A stretch of DNA of 38,068 bases from Gammaproteobacteria bacterium (GTDB taxonomy: Bacteria > Pseudomonadota > Gammaproteobacteria > Burkholderiales > SG8-39): assembly GCA_041476585.1 (NCBI GenBank), contig JBGOTT010000003.1:1-38068 (forward strand), in the 5' to 3' direction. Below are positions 8,943 to 18,471 of the stretch, piece after piece (position 1 is the first letter of the stretch; the number at the start of each line of letters is the position of its first letter). The translations under genes and the position numbers were made by a program. Below the pieces are notes generated by a model, which was given only the letters and a program-made list of their open reading frames with translations, was not told where the DNA came from and made no database searches.

Positions 8943-9945
8943 ACGGGGCGCGGATACGTCCGGCGTTTCCGCGGCCGAGCGATTTCTCAAGGGTCGGGAC
9001 GGCTTGCGCGCAATCGAGGCCCTTCCCTGGCTGGCCGCCATCGCGTTCCCGATCGCGTTTCCCGATTGCGCTTTGCTGGGGACGCATGTCCTCATCATGA
9101 TGCTCTTTGCCTTGTCGCTGGATGTCATCGTCGGGTACGCCGGAATCGTGACGCTGGGCCACGCGGCATACTTCGGCGTCGGCGCCTATACCGCGGGGCT
9201 CGTTTCGGCGCGGCTGGGCTGGAGCGAGCCGATCAGCGGCTTGCTTGCGGCAGGCATCGCGGCGGGAGCGTTCGGGCTGGTCACAGGATCGGTGCTGTTG
9301 CGATACCAGCATCTCGCGCTGATCATGCTGACCCTTGTCCTCTCGACGATGGTTTTCGAGCTTGCCAATGCCTGGGCAGACTTGACCGGCGGCTGGGACG
9401 GGCTCATGGGAATCCAATTGGGCCCCCTCCTCGGGCTTTTCGAATGGGATCTCCGCGGGCTCACGAGCTACGGGTACGCGCTGACTGTGCTGATGGCGTC
9501 ATTCTGGTGGCTGAGGTTCTTGAGCGCATCGCCATTCATGCAGGGGCTGCGAGGCATAAGGGAGAACCGCGCCCGGATGCGCGCGATCGGCACACCGATC
9601 ACCTTCCATCTTCTGATCGCCTTCACCCTTTCGGCAACCCTCGCTGGCGTTGCGGGCGCGCTGTTCGCCCAGGCGAACGCATTCATCACGATCGAAGTTC
9701 TCGGATTCGAGCGCTCCGCCGCAGTCCTCACCATGCTGCTCCTCGGAGGCGTGGGCCGCCTTTACGGCGCGCTCGCCGGGGCGCTGGTATTCATCGTTGC
9801 GGCGGATTGGCTTGCCAAGATGAGTCCGATCTATTGGGAGTTCGGCGTCGGCCTTCTTCTCGTGCTCGTCGTTCTGCTGTACCCGAACGGGCTTCTCGGC
9901 GCCATCGAGAGGGTGCGCGCGCAGTGCCGAAGGCGTTCCGCATGA
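8929..9945 (+). CDS. Liv-type ABC permease (LivM-like)
   Basis: SLDVIVGYAGIVTLGHAAYFGVGAY, TGGWDGL, IRENRARMRAIG. Start is approximate. Confidence 0.92.
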   Translation: MERSERGADTSGVSAAERFLKGRDGLRAIEALPWLAAIAFPIAFPDCALLGTHVLIMMLFALSLDVIVGYAGIVTLGHAAYFGVGAYTAGLVSARLGWSEPISGLLAAGIAAGAFGLVTGSVLLRYQHLALIMLTLVLSTMVFELANAWADLTGGWDGLMGIQLGPLLGLFEWDLRGLTSYGYALTVLMASFWWLRFLSASPFMQGLRGIRENRARMRAIGTPITFHLLIAFTLSATLAGVAGALFAQANAFITIEVLGFERSAAVLTMLLLGGVGRLYGALAGALVFIVAADWLAKMSPIYWEFGVGLLLVLVVLLYPNGLLGAIERVRAQCRRRSA

Positions 9946-10712
9946 CCGCCGCAGCCGCATCCGCGCCCCTGCTGTCCACCGCAGGCTTGTCGATCAGCTT
10001 CGGCGCGTTGAAGGTGGTTCAGTCCGTGGACTTCCGCCTCGACAGGGGCGCCCGTCACGCCCTCATCGGGCCGAATGGCGCCGGAAAGACCACTTTCATC
10101 AATCTACTGTCGGGAGTCCTGCGTCCCGCGCGAGGGATCGTCTGCATCGGGAACCTTGAGGTCAATCGCCTTTCGGTAGAACAGCGCGTCCGGTGCGGCC
10201 TGGCGCGCACCTTCCAGATCAGCCAGCTGTTCCGGAACCTGACCGTATTCGAGAACGTATCCCTGGCCGTCATGCGGCGCCGGGGCGTAGGCATGTCGAT
10301 GTTCCGGCGGTGCTCGTCGCACGCCGTGGTCACCCAAGACGCAATGGATATCATCGGTACGTTGGGCCTGGACGACGAGGCATTCCAGCCGATCCGGGAA
10401 CTTTCCTATGGCAAGCAAAGGCTGGTGGAGCTCGCCATCGCGCTCGGCCTGCGGCCCCGGATCCTGCTGCTGGATGAGCCGATGGCCGGCATCCCGATCG
10501 GCGAGCGCGGCCCGATTCTCGACGTGGTGGCGAAGCTCGATCCCGAGATCGCGATCCTGATCGTCGAGCACGATATTGATTTCGTGTTCCAATTCGCGAG
10601 CCAGATCACCGTCCTTGCCAACGGCAGCGTTCTCGCGCGCGGCACGCCGGCCGAAATCGCCGCGGACGTGGCGGTAGCCGAGATGTATCTCGGCGGCGGC
10701 AGCCATGAGTGA
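9942..10712 (+). CDS. Liv-type ABC ATP-binding protein (LivG-like)
   Basis: Walker A GPNGAGKTT, ARTFQ, LSYGKQR, LLLDEP. The ATG at 9942 overlaps the permease stop (ATGA). Confidence 0.93.
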   Translation: MTAAAASAPLLSTAGLSISFGALKVVQSVDFRLDRGARHALIGPNGAGKTTFINLLSGVLRPARGIVCIGNLEVNRLSVEQRVRCGLARTFQISQLFRNLTVFENVSLAVMRRRGVGMSMFRRCSSHAVVTQDAMDIIGTLGLDDEAFQPIRELSYGKQRLVELAIALGLRPRILLLDEPMAGIPIGERGPILDVVAKLDPEIAILIVEHDIDFVFQFASQITVLANGSVLARGTPAEIAADVAVAEMYLGGGSHE

Positions 10713-11472
10713 CGGTGCGCCCGCCCTGGAATTGACCGGCGTGCGCGCCGGCTACGGGGACACCGTGATCCTCGACTCCGTGACGCTGTCCGTCGCTCCG
10801 GGCGAGCGTCTGGCGGTGATCGGCCGCAATGGGGTCGGGAAGACGACGCTCTTGTCCGCCGTGGTGGGCCAGGCGCGGTTGCGTGCAGGCAAGATCTGTC
10901 TCCATGGCGCGGAAATCGGCAAGCTGCCCTCCCATCGGCGCGTAGCGGCGGGACTGGGCTATGTTCCGCAAGGACGTGAAATCTTCCCCTCACTCACGGT
11001 ACGGGAGAATCTGCTGGTCGCACGTCGTCCGGGCAGGTGGACGCTGGACGCGGTTTGCGCGCTCTTTCCGCAACTTTCCGAGCGATTCGCCCATCGTGGA
11101 ACGCACCTATCGGGCGGCGAAGAGCAGATGCTGGCGATCGGCCGGGCGCTGATCGGCAATCCGTCCGTTCTCCTGCTCGACGAGCCCACGGAAGGCCTTG
11201 CCCCGTTGGTCGTGAAGGTCCTCATGCCGATGATCCGGAAACTTTCCGAGCAGGACGACATGGCGCTGGTGCTCGTCGAGCAGAACGCCCATCTCGCGCT
11301 CGACTTCGCGAAGAGGACGGTCGTCATGAGCAGCGGCGCCATCGTCTACGACGGCGCGAGCGCCGCTCTCATGGAGGACCGGGCGCTCCTCAGCCAGTAC
11401 ATCGGCGTCGCGCCCGCACGAGGCGCGGAGTCCGGTCTCCAGAGCACCTCCTGGCGCATGGCGACGCGATGA
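10705..11472 (+). CDS. Liv-type ABC ATP-binding protein (LivF-like)
   Basis: GRNGVGKTT, YVPQGREIFPSLTV, LSGGEEQMLAIGRAL, LLLDEPTEGLAP. Confidence 0.93.
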   Translation: MSDGAPALELTGVRAGYGDTVILDSVTLSVAPGERLAVIGRNGVGKTTLLSAVVGQARLRAGKICLHGAEIGKLPSHRRVAAGLGYVPQGREIFPSLTVRENLLVARRPGRWTLDAVCALFPQLSERFAHRGTHLSGGEEQMLAIGRALIGNPSVLLLDEPTEGLAPLVVKVLMPMIRKLSEQDDMALVLVEQNAHLALDFAKRTVVMSSGAIVYDGASAALMEDRALLSQYIGVAPARGAESGLQSTSWRMATR

Positions 11473-11508
11473 TGCAGGTTCTGGTGCAACAACGTTAAGG
11501 ACACTGAC

Positions 11509-11712
11509 GTGAACGTGCCAGCTTGCCCACATGTGCCTAAGATCGTGCCAGCGGAAGTCTTTGATGCCGACTTCCTTGCAGGCGGACTTCCACACGTTAT
11601 TTGCCGTGGTGGTCCAGTAATCCATAGGCTCGTCATCGTGGCCTACAAAGACGCGGTGCAGGTGTTTCCCTAATTGCCTGCGGATCAAACCCACCGCGTC
11701 CTCGTCAAGCGG
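11509..11712 (-). pseudogene. Phage-type tyrosine integrase catalytic-domain remnant
   Basis: PLDEDAVGLIRRQLGKHLHRVF...WKSACKEVGIKDFRWHDLRHMWASWHV contains the HxLRH box. It is cut before the catalytic Tyr and has no N-terminus. Confidence 0.8.
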
Positions 11713-11998
11713 CGACGGAAATCTCATTGGGCATTGGTTGGTCGAAAGCGTGATGAAGACATAGGGAATTCGGTAGTTCGAATCCGACACGAACCGCATG
11801 TTCTTTGAGAATTGCTCACGCTCACGGCTTGTCTTGCATCAATGATTCGCGGCTTTTGTCTGGACTGGCTATTGACACGCGCACAGCCGAGGTAGTTGAT
11901 GCATTAAGAGTTAGGCCACGCTGCACCCCACCCCGAGGGATTCTGACCATGGCCCATCTGCAGGGACGATTGGAGGATGCAAGATCGAGTAAGCGACA

Positions 11999-12541
11999 AT
12001 GCTCATTCACGAGATGACCGAGAAGGAGTGTCTTGATGCGTTGGCGCGATTTGGATTTGGCAGACTCGGGTGTGCCCGCGATAACCAGCCTTATGTTGTG
12101 CCCATCTATTTCACTTACCACGAAAGGCATCTTTACTCCTTCTCTACGGCCGGCCAGAAGATCGAGTGGATGCGCGCGAACCCTTGCGTCTGTGTCGAGG
12201 CAGATGAAAACACCAGTCCCGTTCAATGGCTGAGCGTCGTCGTCTTCGGCCACTACGAAGAGTTGCCGGACGCTCCCGAATACACGTTCGAGCGGAATCT
12301 GGCTTACGAGATGCTCCAGCAGCGCGCGATGTGGTGGGAACCGGCGACTTATGTCGCCTCCCATCGTCACAGCGCTGCGGATTCTTTAACTCCCGTCTTC
12401 TACCGCATCCACGTTGACCAGGTGACCGGCCATCACGCGATGCCAGGTCCGGTTGAGTCCGCGACTTTACCCGCGCCCGAGTCGGCCACCAAAACCGAGG
12501 GCTGGCTGTTGAACCTCCTGCGGCGCGCACGGATCATTTAG
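11999..12541 (+). CDS. Pyridoxamine 5'-phosphate oxidase-like FMN-binding split-barrel protein
   Basis: FGRLGCARDNQPYVVPIYF, GQKIEWMRANPCVCVEAD, WLSVVVFGHYEEL. Confidence 0.88.
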   Translation: MLIHEMTEKECLDALARFGFGRLGCARDNQPYVVPIYFTYHERHLYSFSTAGQKIEWMRANPCVCVEADENTSPVQWLSVVVFGHYEELPDAPEYTFERNLAYEMLQQRAMWWEPATYVASHRHSAADSLTPVFYRIHVDQVTGHHAMPGPVESATLPAPESATKTEGWLLNLLRRARII

Positions 12542-12952
12542 CGGGATTGCGCGCTTCATTGAAGCGTCCGGATCGAGGGTGTCCAAGATACAGGGGAGCG
12601 TCAGTCAGCAGCATCACTGCGGCGGCCATTGCGGTTGTCTTTGGATGACTTCTACCTCCTGTTTTTCCGGCACGGGGATTTTTCTCCGAGAATGATGCGA
12701 ACCTGGTGTGTTTTCCCCTCATAGTCTAGCTAACAAGGGAGGACCCCCCGGCTCTTCCAGACTCCAGTCGCCGCTTGATTATCATTTCGCCACCCACAGG
12801 CGGCTTCAACGGCGTCGGCGCGTACCCACACCGGGACGACCCGCTAGCTTAATGGCACCCTTAGCAACCAGGAGCTCCCCGAATTGTTGCACCAGATCTG
12901 AGCCAACCGGGGCTCGATCTCTGCTTTATGCTTTAATCGTCATGTGGGAGCG

Positions 12953-13744
12953 ATGACGGTGAAACCGGCAAAAATCGTGGCCGTCAAATCGGCGGATCGG
13001 GTGCTCGACCTGCTCGAGCTGCTCAGCCGGAAGGCAAAACCGTTATCGCATAGGGAAATCGCCCTGGCGCTTGGCATCCCCAAAAGCAGTCTGACCCAGT
13101 TGCTGCGCAACCTGATCGGCAGGGGCTACCTCACGTTCGCGCCGGGGCCGGGCACCTATGCGCTCGGACCTTCGGTCTTCGCGCTGCTGCGGCAGCGGGA
13201 CGGGAACCTCGACCTGATCCCCATGGCGCGGCCCATCGTGGAACGGCTCACCGCCGCGACGCACGAGTCCTCTGCGCTGAGCCTATTCCGCAACGACTAC
13301 GTCGAGCGCGTGTGCGGCGTGGATTCCCCGCAGGCGCTCACGTACCGAATGACGGTCGGCACGCGCTTTCTGCTGTACTCATCGTCGATCGGCAAGGCTG
13401 TCCTCGCTGCTCTGCCGGAAGAGGAGCGCGAGCGCTATTTGGCGCGCGTGAAGCTTGTGCCGAAAACGGAGACGACCGTGAAATCGATCGCGGAGCTGCG
13501 GCGCCAGCTCGCGAAGGCCATGAAGGAAGGGGTCGCTTATTCGCATGGCGAGCACATGCCGGGCGTGTCGGCGATCGCGATAGCGGTCCGTCGACCCGAC
13601 GGCTATCCGGTCGGCGCCCTCAACGTCGCGATTCCAAGCGTCCGCTTTGCGGCTTCGCTGAAGGCGCTCTGCGTGCGGGAGCTGCACGCGGCGCGCAGCG
13701 CGCTCGAGCGCGAGATACCCGAAGATTTCGCGCCGCCGAAGTGA
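12953..13744 (+). CDS. IclR family transcriptional regulator
   Basis: VKSADRVLDLLE...LGIPKSSLTQLL HTH, SSIGKAVLA, GVSAIAIAV; GGGAG RBS before the ATG at 12953. Confidence 0.93.
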   Translation: MTVKPAKIVAVKSADRVLDLLELLSRKAKPLSHREIALALGIPKSSLTQLLRNLIGRGYLTFAPGPGTYALGPSVFALLRQRDGNLDLIPMARPIVERLTAATHESSALSLFRNDYVERVCGVDSPQALTYRMTVGTRFLLYSSSIGKAVLAALPEEERERYLARVKLVPKTETTVKSIAELRRQLAKAMKEGVAYSHGEHMPGVSAIAIAVRRPDGYPVGALNVAIPSVRFAASLKALCVRELHAARSALEREIPEDFAPPK

Positions 13745-13754
13745 AGATGCGCGT

Positions 13755-13815
13755 GCGCGCTTGACGGCGATTGCGGCCCGAGTTCATAATTATAATGGCG
13801 TTCATATCCGTGAAC
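13755..13815 (+). promoter_or_regulatory. Sigma70 promoter plus palindromic operator, copy 1 (probably the IclR site)
   Basis: TTGACG (13761), 18 bp, CATAAT (13785); operator GTTCATATCCGTGAAC at 13800-13815. The same layout recurs at 19335-19395. Confidence 0.75.
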
Positions 13816-13942
13816 AGCACTTTTCGATTCCATGCTTCACAGGCCGGGGACTTTCGCAAGCTCGCGCCGAAGGGCGTCGCCGCCAGCGGCTTCGGTGCCG
13901 CTGGCTCAGCCCACCTATGACCACTCACAAGCGGAACCGCAT

Positions 13943-15118
13943 ATGAGCATGACGATGGCGAAATTGGGAATGGGTTTGCTCCTGGCGCTGGGTCTAGGCG
14001 CTGCGGCCGCCGACACCGTAAAGGTCGGCGTGATCATGTCTTCGTCGGGTCCGTTCGCGCGCTGGGGCGAGCAGTTCCGGCAGGCAATCGAGGTGTACCA
14101 GAAGCAGCACGGCAAGACCGTGAAAGGCAACACCATCGAGGTGATCTACCGCGACGACGGAGGGCCCAATCCGGTGCGCGCCAAGCAGCTCGCCGAGGAA
14201 CTGATCCTGCGCGACAAGGTGCAGTTCCTCGCCGGCTTCGTGTTCACGCCGAACGCGCTGGCAGTCGCCGATCTGATCACCGAGGCGAAGATGCCGACGG
14301 TCATCTTCAACGCGGCCACCGGCATGATCACCCGTAAGTCGCCGTACTTCGTGCGCACCAGCCACACGATTCCGCAAGCGGCGGTCCCGATCGGGCAGTG
14401 GGCGGCGAAGAACGGCATCAAGCGAGTCGTGACTGCGGTCTCGGACTACGCGCCCGGCCACGACGCCGAGGTCTACTTCAGCAAGGCCTTCAAGGCCGGC
14501 GGCGGCGAGGTGCTCGAGTCGATCCGCATCCCGCTGTCGACGAACGACTTCTCGCCCTTCTTCGAGCGCATCCTGCAGCAGAAGCCGGATGCGGTATTCG
14601 TCTTCGGCCCGGGCGGTCCGCCGACCGTCGGCCTGATCAACACCTGGGCTTCGCGCCTGAAGCCCGCGGGAATCAAGTTCCTCGGCACCGCCGAGACCCA
14701 GCAGATCGACCTGCCCAAGATCGGGCGCGCCGCGCTCGGCGTGGTGACCTCCTTCCACTACACCGAGACGGTAGACAACCCACTTAACAAGGCGCTGTGG
14801 GCGGACTTGCAGCAGATGTTCGGCAAGGACACGGTGCCCGATCTCGCCTCGGTCGGCGCATATGACGGCATGCACCTCATTTACAAGGCGGTCGAGAGGT
14901 TCGGCCCGCGCCCCACCGGCGACCAGGCGCTGGGCCTGTGGAAGGGAGTGGCTTTCGACAGCCCGCGCGGACCCGTCCGGATCGACGAGAAGACCCGCGA
15001 CATCGTCGAGAATATCTACATGCGCCGCGTCGAAGAGCGCGACGGCCAACTCGTCAACGTCAACTTCCAGACTATCCCGATGGTCAAGGACCCGTGGAAA
15101 GAGGAGAACCCGGAGTAG
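13943..15118 (+). CDS. Liv/HAAT-type ABC transporter substrate-binding protein
   Basis: Signal peptide after MSMTMAK, TVKVGVI, FTPNALAVA, SDYAPGHDAE, SPRGPVRIDEKTRDIVENIY. Start could be 13943, 13949 or 13955. Confidence 0.92.
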   Translation: MSMTMAKLGMGLLLALGLGAAAADTVKVGVIMSSSGPFARWGEQFRQAIEVYQKQHGKTVKGNTIEVIYRDDGGPNPVRAKQLAEELILRDKVQFLAGFVFTPNALAVADLITEAKMPTVIFNAATGMITRKSPYFVRTSHTIPQAAVPIGQWAAKNGIKRVVTAVSDYAPGHDAEVYFSKAFKAGGGEVLESIRIPLSTNDFSPFFERILQQKPDAVFVFGPGGPPTVGLINTWASRLKPAGIKFLGTAETQQIDLPKIGRAALGVVTSFHYTETVDNPLNKALWADLQQMFGKDTVPDLASVGAYDGMHLIYKAVERFGPRPTGDQALGLWKGVAFDSPRGPVRIDEKTRDIVENIYMRRVEERDGQLVNVNFQTIPMVKDPWKEENPE

Positions 15119-15178
15119 CTCTCGCGCGCCCCGGGTCGTGCCCGACCTGACGCTCCGCAACCGCCGACCGGCCCGGCG

Positions 15179-16042
15179 ATGAGTGCGCTCACCGTCGTTC
15201 TCGACGGCGTCGCCTATGGAATGGTGCTGTTCATCATCTCCGTGGGGCTGACGGTCACGATGGGACTGATGCGCGTGGTGAACCTCGCGCACGGCGCCTT
15301 CGCGATGATCGGTGGTTACGTCGCGGCGGTCGCGCTCGGCGCGGGCGTGCCGTTTCTCGCCGCGGCGCTCGGTGCGACGCTGGTGGCGGGGCTCACGGGG
15401 GCGCTCGCCGAAGCGCTGATCTACCGGCCGCTGTATCGCAAGGGCGAGCTGGCGCAGGCGCTGATGACCTTCGGCTTCACCTTTGTCGTCATCGCCGCGC
15501 TGACGGCGGTCTTTGGCTCGAACATCAAGGCGCTGCCGCTGCCCGGTTACCTCTCCGGACTCGTCGACATCGGCTATCGCATGTATCCCGCGTACCGCCT
15601 GTTCGTGATCGCGTTCGGCCTCGCGCTCGCGTTTGCGCTGTGGCTGCTGATCGACCGATCGCTGTACGGTGCGCGGCTGCGCGCCGCGGTCGATAATCCG
15701 CGCATAGCGCGTGCCGTTGGCATCGACGTGAACCGCCTGTTCCTGCTGACGTTCGCCGGAGGATGCGCGCTAGCCGGCCTCGGCGGCGTGCTCGGCTCCG
15801 AGCTGCTTCCGCTCGAACCCTACTATGCGCTGCGCTACCTGGTCCTTTTCCTGCTCGTTGTGGGGGTGGGCGGCGTAGGCAATTTCAAGGGTTCGTTCGT
15901 TGCCGCCATCGCCCTTGGCCTGATCGACACGAGTGCCAAGTACTACCTCCCTTCGGCCGCGGCCTATCTGTTCTATGGTGCAGTGCTTGCTCTCTTGCTG
16001 TGGCGCCCCGACGGCCTGATGCCGGCGAGGTCTGCGCAATGA
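15179..16042 (+). CDS. Liv-type ABC permease (LivH-like)
   Basis: GLTVTMGLMRVVNLAHGAFAM, GARLRAAVDN, WRPDGL. Confidence 0.93.
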   Translation: MSALTVVLDGVAYGMVLFIISVGLTVTMGLMRVVNLAHGAFAMIGGYVAAVALGAGVPFLAAALGATLVAGLTGALAEALIYRPLYRKGELAQALMTFGFTFVVIAALTAVFGSNIKALPLPGYLSGLVDIGYRMYPAYRLFVIAFGLALAFALWLLIDRSLYGARLRAAVDNPRIARAVGIDVNRLFLLTFAGGCALAGLGGVLGSELLPLEPYYALRYLVLFLLVVGVGGVGNFKGSFVAAIALGLIDTSAKYYLPSAAAYLFYGAVLALLLWRPDGLMPARSAQ

Positions 16043-17010
16043 CACTGCGGTATGGCGGCTGGGGACATCTCCTGCCGTGGGCGGCGGCGCTCGCGTTCTA
16101 CTTCTTCGGCTCCGATCTGCTCAGCCTGGGCACCAACGCGCTGATCATGGTGCTCTTCGCGCTGTCGCTCGACCTGGTGCTCGGCTACGCCGGCATTATC
16201 ACGATGGGGCACGCGGCGTTTTTCGGTTTTGGCGCCTACGTTGCTGGCGTTTTTTCGATTCACTTCAGCAACGACCCGATCGCCGGACTGCTGCTGGCGA
16301 CCGCGGCCGCCGCGGTCCTCGGGCTGATCACCGGCGCGCTGATCCTGCATACCCGGGGCGTGACGCTAATGATGCTGACGATCGCGATCGGGGCGCTTGT
16401 ACTCGAGGTGGCGAACCACCTTCGCGCAATCACCGGCGGCGACGATGGTCTGCAAGGCATCCGCATTGCGCCGCTGCTGGGGCTGTTTCGGTTCGATCTG
16501 TGGGGACATACCGCCTACCTATATACGCTTGCGGTGCTTTTCGTCTGGTTCCTGCTCGCCTGGCGCATCATGCGCTCGCCGTTCGGCCGTTCGCTCGACG
16601 GCATCAGGCAGAACGTGCGCCGCATGCGCGCGATCGGCACGCCGGTCTGGTGGCGCCTGGTGGCGGTCTATTCGCTGGGCGCGGCGATGGCCGGAACGGC
16701 CGGTGCGCTTTCGGCGCAGACCACGCGCTCGGTCGGGCTGACCGCGCTCGAGCTGCTAACTTCCGGAACGGTGCTGATGGTGCTGATCCTGGGCGGCACC
16801 CGGCGCCTCTACGGCTCATTCGCCGGTGCCGTGGTCTACGTCGTGGTGCAGGATCTCGCCGCGCAGGCCGACCCATTCCGCTGGATGTTCGTGATCGGCG
16901 CGCTGCTGATGGCGGTCGTGCTGTTTCTCGAGAACGGCCTCATGGGGCTGGTTGATCTCGGCGCCGCCCGGATTCGCGCCCTAAGCGGGAGCCGTCGTGA
17001 GCAGCGATGA
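16039..17010 (+). CDS. Liv-type ABC permease (LivM-like)
   Basis: SLDLVLGYAGIITMGHAAFFGFGAY, TGGDDGL, SPFGRSL. The ATG at 16039 overlaps the upstream stop. Confidence 0.93.
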   Translation: MTLRYGGWGHLLPWAAALAFYFFGSDLLSLGTNALIMVLFALSLDLVLGYAGIITMGHAAFFGFGAYVAGVFSIHFSNDPIAGLLLATAAAAVLGLITGALILHTRGVTLMMLTIAIGALVLEVANHLRAITGGDDGLQGIRIAPLLGLFRFDLWGHTAYLYTLAVLFVWFLLAWRIMRSPFGRSLDGIRQNVRRMRAIGTPVWWRLVAVYSLGAAMAGTAGALSAQTTRSVGLTALELLTSGTVLMVLILGGTRRLYGSFAGAVVYVVVQDLAAQADPFRWMFVIGALLMAVVLFLENGLMGLVDLGAARIRALSGSRREQR

Positions 17011-17755
17011 CGCAGTCCTTTCGGTACGGGGCCTGTTCAAGAGCTTCGGCGCGCTCACCGTCGCGCAGGACATCAACCTCGATCTTCCCGGAGGCGCGCG
17101 CATCAGCCTGATCGGGCCGAACGGTGCCGGCAAGACCACTTTTGTCAATCTGCTGACCGGCATGCTGGTTCCAGACGCGGGTCACGTCCGGCTCGACGGC
17201 ATTCCGATCGATCAACTGCTGCCCGAGCAGCGCGTGCGCCGGGGACTGGTGCGCACCCACCAGATCAACACGCTGCTCATGGAGACGTCGGTGCGCGAGA
17301 ACGTGGCAATTGCGGTTGCCGAGCGCGAGCGCATCGGCTGGCGCATGCTGCGCTACGGACCGCGCTGGCGCGCCTGCCTCGACGAGGCGCAGGCGCTGCT
17401 TGCTGCGCTGGGTCTCGGCGGCGACGGTTTGCGGTTGGTGCGCGAGCTGCCCTATGGCAAGCAGCGGCTGCTCGAGATCGCGATCGCCCTGGCGCTGAAA
17501 CCGCGCGTGCTTCTTCTCGACGAGCCGGCGGCGGGCGTTCCCGCTGGTGAAGCCAGGGCAATTCACGACCAGCTCGAGGACCTGCCGGCCGGTGTCGCGA
17601 TCCTGATGATCGAGCACGACATGGACCTCGTCTTCCGCTTCGCGCGCGAGATCGTGGTGATGGTGCAGGGACGCATACTGACGCGCGGATCGCCGTCGGA
17701 GATCGCAAACGACGATCGGGTGCGCGAGGTTTACTTGGGGCGCAGGGCGCGATGA
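16997..17755 (+). CDS. Liv-type ABC ATP-binding protein (LivG-like)
   Basis: GPNGAGKTT, LPYGKQR, LLLDEPAAG, IEHDMDLV, VREVYLG. Confidence 0.93.
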   Translation: MSSDDAVLSVRGLFKSFGALTVAQDINLDLPGGARISLIGPNGAGKTTFVNLLTGMLVPDAGHVRLDGIPIDQLLPEQRVRRGLVRTHQINTLLMETSVRENVAIAVAERERIGWRMLRYGPRWRACLDEAQALLAALGLGGDGLRLVRELPYGKQRLLEIAIALALKPRVLLLDEPAAGVPAGEARAIHDQLEDLPAGVAILMIEHDMDLVFRFAREIVVMVQGRILTRGSPSEIANDDRVREVYLGRRAR

Positions 17756-18471
17756 GCACGGCCGTCGCCCTCGCGCATCTTGTCGCCGGCTATGGCGATA
17801 CGGTCGTGCTGGATGATGTCTCGTTCGAGCTCGCGGCTGGCCGCACGCTTGCGGTCCTTGGACGAAATGGCGTGGGCAAGAGCACGCTGCTCGAGAGCAT
17901 CATGGGGTTTACGACACTCCATTCCGGACAGCTCAGCATGTTCGGCGAGCGTCTCGACGGGGTCGCTACGGACCGCCGCAACCTGCTGGGCGTCGGCTAC
18001 GTGCCGCAGGAGCGCGAGATCTTCCCTTCACTGACGGTGGCCGAAAATCTGCAGGTTGCCGCGCGGCGACGGGGCTGGTCGCTCGCCGACGTGTTCGCGC
18101 AGTTTCCAGCGCTCGCCGACCGACGCAATGCCTCGGGCGGGCGGCTGTCGGGCGGCGAGCAGCAGATGCTTGCGATCGGCCGTGCGCTGGTCGGCGGACC
18201 CAGGTTGCTCCTTCTTGACGAGCCGATGGAAGGGTTGGCACCGATCGTCGTGGATAAGCTCTACGAGGCGCTCGTGCGGATCCGCGACGAGGCCGGCATC
18301 ACGATCATCATCGTCGAGCAGCATGCGGACCTGGCGCTCGCGCTGTCGCAGGAGACGATCGTGCTCGAGCGGGGGCGCATCACCTACCGCGGCGCGAGCG
18401 CCGAGCTCGCGCGGGACGAAGCAACGAAGACGAGATTGCTCGGCGTGGGCGGTACTAGGGAGGCGATATGA
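17752..18471 (+). CDS. Liv-type ABC ATP-binding protein (LivF-like)
   Basis: GRNGVGKST, YVPQEREIFPSLTV, LSGGEQQMLAIGRAL, LLLDEPMEGLAP. Confidence 0.93.
   Translation: MSTAVALAHLVAGYGDTVVLDDVSFELAAGRTLAVLGRNGVGKSTLLESIMGFTTLHSGQLSMFGERLDGVATDRRNLLGVGYVPQEREIFPSLTVAENLQVAARRRGWSLADVFAQFPALADRRNASGGRLSGGEQQMLAIGRALVGGPRLLLLDEPMEGLAPIVVDKLYEALVRIRDEAGITIIIVEQHADLALALSQETIVLERGRITYRGASAELARDEATKTRLLGVGGTREAI

Noticed and set aside
9066-9941. Apparent long N-terminal extension on the LivG-like ATPase (548 aa); likewise 15763-16038 and 13832-13942
   Set aside because: The extensions are Arg/Pro-rich nonsense; the first two overlap upstream genes in another frame. Downstream ATGs (ATGA-coupled at 9942 and 16039) give normal-length proteins.
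12542-12940. 400-bp intergenic region with short ORFs (12534-12722, 12708-12956); possible sRNA
   Set aside because: No recognisable protein motif, RNA family or convincing structure by eye; left unassigned.
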